DNA of 53,534 nucleotides, filler included, from Catajapyx aquilonaris (taxonomy: Eukaryota), in NCBI GenBank assembly GCA_000934665.2. It is 3 parts of 3 records of this genome, joined end to end, with 100 filler letters (N's around TTAATTAATTAA, not from the genome) between each part and the next. Parts side by side here need not be neighbours in the genome. Positions count along the whole stretch, not along the records: positions 35,764 to 53,534 come from JYFJ02006867.1; 2 more parts are not named here. One strand, 5' to 3'. Positions within the stretch are counted from its first letter, which is position 1; the number at the start of each line of letters is the position of its first letter. Under the pieces are notes generated by a model. The model was not told the origin of the DNA. It did no database searches and saw only the letters and a program-made list of their open reading frames with translations. The position numbers and the translations under genes are program-made. Below are positions 45,257-53,534 of this stretch, piece by piece.

Positions 45257-45875
45257 TAATAATAATAATTGTAATATACTTTTCTCGCAAGCCAGAATTT
45301 ATGTAACTTGTGCAAAACAGTTCCTTATTCGTACATCCGTCAAAGAACTTTTAGAACACTTTAGACCTCACCTCATTATTAGACTTTGAAACGGAAGCAA
45401 TGTTATCTTGCTTGTTATTATTATGCTGACCTTGAGACTTATATTCCCCCCGTTTGCATGACATGACATTGATTTCCTGAGCCTAATCGTAAAAAGGGGA
45501 ATGTCTCAATGAAGACATTCCCTATGATAAGAACGTGAAGTCACGGCAAATTTCTTTTACACGAACACAGTTTGGTGCACTATAGGCTCCAAAGGGCTAT
45601 GAACATCTGCGGTAGACTACAGTATCATATTTGTCTAGTCCGCTTACTTAAGACCTTTCGGTGTAATCTCATTGGACTGGTGACCTTTCATCACAATCTT
45701 GTTGTACCACATGACCGAAACATATCGAGTACAATACACACACAATGCATTATTATTAAGTAGGCCTATATTATTATTTATTGTTTTTTGGGGGTTTGAA
45801 AAATATATGATGGTGGTTTACACAGCAGTTTGCTTATAATAAATTCGCATGCACTCAATACACAACAGCACTGCT

Positions 45876-45982
45876 TACGGAACGAGTTGCTTCATGAGAA
45901 TAGTGAAATCTTTTCTATAAGAAATAGCTACGGAACGAGTTGCTTCATGAGAATGGTGAAATCTTTTCTAAGAAATAGCTAC
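45876..45982. repeat. 53-bp tandem duplication
   Basis: TACGGAACGAGTTGCTTCATGAGAAT(A/G)GTGAAATCTTTTCTA(TA)AGAAATAGC occurs twice. Confidence 0.9.
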
Positions 45983-46552
45983 AGTGTTCTGCGCACCTCC
46001 ATGTAGGCTATTTGCCTATATGACAGTGAGAAACTTAAAGCTTCCGATATGGGAAAGAGATTTATGTCAAGGTCGTCTACATTATTATGAAAGAGAGAAA
46101 AAACACAGCGTACAGTACCTATAAGGTTACTATTTGGTTTCAACATGACCTGATGCACACAACGGCACATGGGAAACACAACATTGTTATAGGCCAATTA
46201 TTATTAAAGTGCCGTGTGATGATAACTCCCTCATAATGGCAGGCAGGCGATTATTAATTATTAATCTTGACTTACACCAAGACCAACACATCCTGCATCA
46301 TTTTAGGCTGGTAGGTGTCATTATCATATGCCGCTTGCGGATTACAGCATGGAATATCCTGTTAGTTATCATGATAGTTTCCCAGGGCTAAGAGCAGGGT
46401 AATCACTAGTCAACCGTATTTCGTAATGACGTCGTAATGTAAATGGGTATGGGAATAGCGAAATGAATCACCTATTCGTCCCCATTTTTTGCAGGAGTTA
46501 CTCACCACCCAATATATTGACGCCAATGTACAGTACATGGAACGTAAGACAC

Positions 46553-49500
46553 TTATGAGTTTTTAAGGTTAAATATCTCCAAAGAATCTTGCTGCAATTT
46601 GAATTTTTGGATTTTTCCGGAAGAGGTTTTAGGAAAATCCTTTGTGAAATGAATGTATTTAGGGATCTTGTAGTGTGCTAGTTTGCCCTTGCAGAAAATT
46701 CTCAGCTCGTCCGCAGTAATATCCTCTTCAGTTTGAAGACGCACCCATGCACAGACTTCTTCTCCAAGACGTTTATCTGGAACTCCAAACACCTGGAAAA
46801 AATTATCATACAGTACATCAGTTGCGTAATGTAGTCTGCTGGAGGGAACTTGATCAAAATTAACAGACTAATTTACAGGCATTTTGCGTCTCAAATCTAG
46901 GCAGTTCTTTTCGAGAAACTATACTTTTGTGACGTCATAGTTATTTTTTTTTATTCGTGAAGCTATTGCATTTCCTTACCTGTGCTTCCATTACTTTGGG
47001 ATGGGTATGTAGAAACTCTTCAATTTCCTTCGGGTACACATTTTCTCCTCCGCGTATGATCATATCCTTTAATCTGCCCACGATGCGCCCATATCCATAC
47101 TGGTCCAGAACAAACAAGTCTCTGGGAATGTAAAACTACGTCAATTCCAGGTTTTTAATTTGGGAAAGTTCCTGTTTTTGCTGAGGAGGAAGAGACGGCT
47201 AATCATTCACTTGTCAATCATTTCTCGACAAATATTTTGCAACATATCGTGAATGCGAGAATGTATAAGTTAACGATGGCATCTGAAAACGAGATAACGG
47301 TATGTTACCGTTATTTATCAAAAACGACTGGGCATTGATGCACTTCTGAGCCCCTATACTGTACGGGGAGCATCGTACACTACGTGCACCTAACTCTGGT
47401 GGGAGGTGGACATGGTTCACGATGTCAACGACTGATATTCCTTTTTCCGATTCCCCAGCGAGATTGAGCCCAAAATTGACCTCTCTGTACAGTGATAGTT
47501 ACACGTGAATCAAACTATTAATAATATTATCAGAGTAGCTTGGTGCACGTGCAATGTCGAGTACAGAGGTCATTGTTAGGCTCATAACTCTCTGCGAAAT
47601 CGGAAAACAAGATACGTATACAGGGTGTATCTGAACTCAGTGCCCCGACGTATATGACTGCCTTCCTAGCCACCAGAGGATCGATTTAAGTATAGGAGTC
47701 ATTATGTTTGGCAGCCTCATTACGGAGATAATTGGCCGCAAACATGTAGTACAAAATATCCTGTCGGTTAGGCCACCCATCTCACCCTCCCCCCGTCAGA
47801 AGGCTCTGGAAGGTCTGGGGGCGGGACTTTGTTGGTTTGTTGCCCACAGGTGGTAAGGCCTCTTTGGCTAGTTACACCAGAAAATTCTATTTAAAAGTCA
47901 GAAGGAGCGATTAGGCAAAAATCGCTAAAGAGTGTATCTCAGTAATGAGGCTGCCCAGACATATGACTCCTATACTTAAATCGATCCTCTGGTGGCTAGG
48001 AAGGCAGTCATATACGTCGGGGCACTGAGTTCAGATACACCCTGTATATGTCACCCATGGCGCGCCGAAAGGGTGCGGGGATGGGGGTATAAAAGAAACG
48101 ACTTACTTATACAGCACTCATTACTTATATCTGTGACCAACTATGGTCTTGGATTAACCAAGTGCAACTAGGACCTGAGTTATGGAGTATAGAAAGAAGT
48201 ACATATATTATACTGTAACCCTGCAAAGTCGTTTTCGATTAACACATCTCGTTTTCCGATTCCATGGTTCAATTTATTAATTCCCTCTCTATTATTTTTA
48301 CCCTTCAGTTTATTCCAAAATGGTGTCAACTATTATATCATGCTCCCTATAGGCAACCACTGTAAGGCGAATGGGTCCATCTGCCAGCAGGGGATCTCCC
48401 CTATACAAAGAGGTGTCGTGCGTATGTGTCGTATGTGTCTAGGGCCAGACTAATGATTCTAGTCCTTTACCCCGTTACAAGTTGGTCCCTCGACATTTCT
48501 TCCCCCTACATTTTTGACTTTTTTTAAATCAACGAGTACGCTGCCTGTCGGACAATATGTAGTAATAAACACCCTGTGTATATACTGTACCGGAACCATA
48601 GGATCAACTACAGAATCACAGAAATAAAGAATTTCTGCTATACAACCACACTTCTATTAAATGGAATCTTGTTCTCATTGAATCATCACCTGCTACAATA
48701 AATGCTATTTTCTGGAGGCTTATTACAGTTTTAAAATTAGGGTCAGGTGTTAAAAATACACTATACTGAGTTGCAATATTGACCGCTACAAGTCACCCGT
48801 AATAATTGAACAGAGTACCCTGTTCGCAACCATCCAGAGTCAGTTGTGATTTCCTTCGTCTTCTCTGGTTCCTCCCAATAGCCCGGCATGGTCAAATAGC
48901 CTCTGACGAGCAGTTCTCCTGGTGTACCCACTGGTACAATCCTCCCGTCATTGTCAACCACTTTTACCTAAAGAAAAGGTGCAATTTTCTTCCCGCAATA
49001 TTTTAGCTTCAAAGCGTACCTCCACATGGTCACCAGGTCGCCCCACGCACGTGTTCTGAACGTCTTCCGGGTCATCTGGGCTTGTTTGGCAGTTGACCGG
49101 ACTTGTTTCAGTCATTCCATAAAAGCTCTGCAAAGAGTGGTTTTCGATCTTTCTTTCAAACTATTCCAATGAAAGGGTCACAAGAGTAAGGTCTTACGCA
49201 CAAGAACATTGAGCACTTTCAGTTTCCTCCGTATATCCTTCATGAGGCTCTCGGGGCATATGGATCCACTACTGATAGCAAGATGGAGTCTGCTAAGATC
49301 GTATTCATCCACGTTTGAGTTGACCATGTCCACGTACATAGTTGGAGTGCCGTACACAACGCTGCATTTTTGGGAGGAGATGGTTTGAAGAACATCTGTG
49401 GCTTTGAATCCGGGGCTTGACAAAACGCAGGTGGCGCCATGATGAACTCCGTTTAATATGGCGCCTACGTTGCTGTAGCAGTGAAACATTGGAATTGGCA

Positions 49501-52334
49501 CGCATAGCCTTTCCTGCAGGCATACGTCAATGGATGTCTTTTATGAGTATGGTCAGTACCGGTATCGATGTAATTTATTCGTGATTATATAGATTACATC
49601 TCATATGATCCCTGTTTTGTGCACACCACCCTGCCCAGTCCCTCTAATGTCTAATCAGTGCAGTGGAGCAAATTCCGTCTGGAATGGCAAAACTCTCATC
49701 AATATTGCTCCATGATGGGGCCATATGCGTCCATAGAACTGTTATACAGTACAGGGTGTTTCCTACTAGTCTAGCTGTAAAATCTCTCCGCCAGCATAAT
49801 CATTGGTCCAATACAGATCTAAAACGTAGGGGTGAGAAACTCCAAGGAACCAACGAGGTTAACGACCAGACATTGTCTTCCCCTAAACACATACAACCTA
49901 CATTGCAGCCAAAAGTAGGCAGAACATCCCATGCATTTGGTATGGAGCAGGATATGTGATAATGAATAAGTTGACCTAATATCACGTCATGCACAGTAAT
50001 CATAATTATTACACTCATATCCTGCTGCCCACAATAACTACATGATCACCGACTATTCAGCCTGCCAACTGATGCAATGTTGCCTGTGTCAAGGGGCAGG
50101 CAAATATGTTGGATCATCTACTCTATACGACGTTATTGTTTGGTCGCTTGACATTTCGCCCCCTTACATTTTAAACCTGTATTGGGCCAAAGAGTATATA
50201 GCCTACTTCATGGCGCAAGGGGGTAATCACTTCGGTACTCCGGTGTACACCTGCAAGTGGTACTCCCAGATACTCTTTAGGTACTTTACTCTTTGGTACT
50301 CCTTGGTACTCCTTGAATTAGGTACTCCAGTGTACACTTTTCAGTCCAGTGGTTACCCCCCTTGGCATGGCGACTCAATTAATCGATTGCAAGTTGTAGG
50401 AATAAGTTGTCACATAATGGCCCACATATTATTTTGTATAGCACTTGCTCATGATGCAAAATCCACATTTTTGTGTTATGTCTCTCCGCGCAATTTCTCT
50501 CTTGGTGCATGATAATTTCATTTTAACTTACTCTTCTCTTGCCATATCCTAGTCGCCTGCCTACAAAATATGAGTTGTTAACGATGTTGTGATGAGTCAG
50601 AACTGCTGCTTTCGGTGTTCCTGTTGTTCCCTACAACATACATAAAGAGTGAAGATCTCACAAATACCGATCGGTATTGTACAGTACTACTTTGGCAAAT
50701 GACCTTACCGATGTAAATTGTATGTTGCATGGTTCGTCCATCTGAATGTTATTGGGTATTATGTGTTTATCAGCATTACTCCCTGATTTGATGATATCGT
50801 CGAAGGATACAACACCCCTGCAATAATATTAGGTCCTCGTGAATGCGAAATCGAAGGTAAGCAAGGTAAGGAATCTGTACGACACCTGTTTTATTTATGG
50901 GATTGAAAATTTTAGTGCAATATTTTAAATAATATTTTAATATTATTATTTATTGGAACAGGCTTCTAGAAAAATGGTTCAATTGATTCCGAGTTGCGAA
51001 ATTGCATACCGGGATGCATACTAATTGTCCTTGACTCATATCCTTATAGCTTATACTGTCATGAGGCAAGGCATCATAATTATCCACTGCATATGTATAT
51101 TGTAGGTTTCCTCTGTGCACATGCTGCACAGATATTTCACAGAAAAAAGTGTACCGCACCGAGTAAGAAACCCTACACAGTAATTACTACATACTGCAGT
51201 TATGGTAGTTCATAAATTCGCAAGTGCTCCCACGGTAAAGGAATGTATTTTGCAAACCAGTATTACACAATTGAGTGTATTAATGTCAGGTTAAGGCTAA
51301 GTTGTGTGAGCGAAAGGCAAATTAAGGAAAAGTATCTAATTATGTACAATGTACAGTACATTACGATAATGGAAAATTTGATTTAATTTGCTGTTAGTTA
51401 CTCAAAAAATTGTCATCTACCATAATGTCATAAAAATTAGCGGAAATAAATAAAAATTACGCCAGCTTTTTGTGGTCATTGTAAAGCTCTAAAAATTGCA
51501 AATTCAAATAGTCAGCATTTATAAGCCTACCCCAAAATCTTTAGGCTCGTAATAAAAACCGGCGTCCTACACACAGATTCCCTATCTTACTTGGTAGATC
51601 CACTGACGTCACAAATGACCTTACGGGTAAGAGCGATTCGAAATCATAATAACATGTTCCAGGGATGGCACATCTTGACTTTTTCCAGGCTTGTCCAAAG
51701 CTGGAGCCGCTTCAGTCAGGATATCGTAATAATTTTGGGTCTTAAACTTTTCCGCACATATAATAGCCTTGACTCCAACTTTTTTTAGGCAAAAGCGTAT
51801 TTCTTGGGACTGATAAGCTGGATTCAACGTCACCTGTCAAGACAAGAATTGGTCAACTTGAGCAGAAAATGGTCCAATATGTCAAGGGAACAACCTACGA
51901 GTATCAAACCAGCCTTTGCTGCTCCAAACAATGTCAGATACCATTGATAACTGTTAGGTCCCCAAATCCCAATCCTGTCACCAGGAACCAGTCCAAGTGA
52001 CGCAAGGCCAGCTGCCATCTTAATCGAATCTTGCCGAAGTTCACGAAATGTCCTCTTGATCCCCTGGGTCACATCGACGACCGCCTCCGCTTCACCCCAG
52101 AGATCTGCAGCATGGTCAACCAGCTGACCAATGGTCATGCCCAAAAGTGGTGTGGAACTTGCACCATGAGCATAGCTCCACCGGAGCGGTTCCTGATGGA
52201 GGTTAACGCTACATAGTTTGACGTGACATGTCAGTGGACTATTAGGAAAAGTAGTTAATTAGTCATTCTCACCTGCTAGTGTGTAGATATTTAACATGTC
52301 GGAAGAGTTTGGCACCACCTGCTTTCCACCACAT
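46553..52334 (-). CDS. ACSF2: ACSF2-like mitochondrial medium-chain acyl-CoA ligase, copy B (10 coding exons, ~579 aa)
   Basis: GT-AG, phase-consistent exons: 52334-52273, 52208-51899, 51833-51625, 50817-50709, 50630-50532, 49513-49202, 49127-49020, 48967-48819, 47121-46980, 46792-46553 (1740 nt). Motifs [50 protein letters not shown]-terminus [20 protein letters not shown] is presequence-like. Confidence 0.9.
47621..48044. mobile_element. young Tc1/mariner-type MITE with ~110-bp TIRs
   Basis: TA|CAGGGTGTATCTGAACTCAGTGCCCCGACG ... CGTCGGGGCACTGAGTTCAGATACACCCTG|TA; the first ~80 bp are perfectly complementary. Confidence 0.92.
50216..50364. mobile_element. hAT-like MITE with internal GGTACT repeats
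   Basis: TIR CAAGGGGGTAATCACT / AGTGGTTACCCCCCTTG, 8-bp flanks TCATGGCG / GCATGGCG, multiple GGTACT(CC) copies inside. Confidence 0.75.
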
Positions 52335-52814
52335 TGTCACTGCAAGCTTCCCTTTTCTTTGAATTGCAGCCAAGTTTGTGGCGACCTAGATAAGTGTCAA
52401 GGCTGAGAAGAAAAAAAGTGTGTACACACACTCACATATCTAATGTTCCGTAGTTGCCATATGACTATGGTATATTTGAAGACCTCAAATGCAGAACGAT
52501 TAGAGTCGCAATCGGGTGAATTCGCATTCCTCGATAAGGGTGTGAAGAATGTATTGTCCCTTATCATAATGTTTTAATGTATTTAAAAAGTTATTTCTGG
52601 TAGACACACTCCCAATATATTTCAATATTCAAAAGCCGATGACAATTTTTTGTCCATGCCATACACATCTTATTATGCAAGGAATAATGTGAACTAAGCA
52701 GAAAAAGTATGGGACTTACTAAAGCTCCGATTGTATTGGTCCCCTGCAGCTGTACAGTTCTGTGTCAAGCTGAAGGCCATGCTGGTTACGTCGCTTGATG
52801 AGCAATTAATGATA

Positions 52815-53039
52815 CAGGTCAAATCTCGTTTTAGCGAATACCAATAAAACGAAATTTCAATAGAACGCAATAAAAATAAAATTTTAGCTGGCCAGCCGTA
52901 AGAGCAATGTATTTGTAATTTCATTATTACGAAATGCGTTACTACGAAATTTTCAGTACAACGAATACGAAAGGTGGTTCCCCGGCTAGTATTGAACCCT
53001 ACATAACGAAATATGCACGTTGTAACGAGATTTTACCTG
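52815..53039. mobile_element. Tc1/pogo-type MITE
   Basis: TA|CAGGTCAAATCTCGTT ... AACGAGATTTTACCTG|TA, with internal ACGAAAT repeats. Confidence 0.7.
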
Positions 53040-53534
53040 TATCAGTACTTGTTGCCTGACCAATGTTCTTCTGTTACTGCCTGTGTGTCAATTTCCTCAA
53101 TGTTTCACAAAATTACAGAACCCCTTCGTTGTATCTAATAATATTAGATCTAATATTGTACCTAATTGTGTGTCTAATAACTAATATTAGATACAGAGAT
53201 AATAAGTTATATGCAAAAAAAATAGCATCATTCACTGCTGGAAGACTTTCCGGCCCTGGCATTTGTTTCGGGTTATTTTTTTGCGGATGAAGTTGGAAAA
53301 CAAGTGTTCTCGAAGTTAACCTGTGATGCTGGTTAAAGTTAGTTACCTCAATGCAAGTCATGTATACAGTACTCCGGTGTCTAGATTATAGGGCCCTAAA
53401 TCTTGAATTTTACATTTTTCTCACCACACTACGTACTCAGTGGCGTAGGCAGGAAATTTTTTCGGGGGGGGCCCATGGCCGATCGGTCCGTTTCATAATA
53501 TTGTAACCTATTGTAAGACTTTTTTGACGCATCA

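Overview
This is eukaryotic (invertebrate, arthropod-like) genomic DNA. It is not one locus: three contigs (1-17792, 17893-35663, 35764-53534) are joined by artificial 100-bp spacers (44N-TTAATTAATTAA-44N). Contig 1 holds two near-identical tRNA-Glu genes (CTC and TTC) and a 1.9-kb intronless ORF for a class-B/Methuselah-like GPCR with a long palindromic element just past its stop. It also has an internally deleted mariner, a tRNA-derived SINE with a target-site duplication (TSD), and several MITEs. Contig 2 has no intact gene, only decayed hairpin elements and possible very old transposon relics (Harbinger-like the best, RTE- and piggyBac-like weaker). Contig 3 holds an intron-containing, frameshifted BTG/Tob-family pseudogene and two complete tandem ACSF2-like mitochondrial acyl-CoA synthetase genes (12 and 10 coding exons). 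The two genes differ by two introns and by substrate-pocket residues, and one intron of the downstream copy is almost entirely a 1.3-kb foldback bracketed by microsatellites. I found no convincing new biological system. The best leads are the ACSF2 paralogue divergence, the foldback intron and the hairpin behind the GPCR. All coordinates were read by hand.
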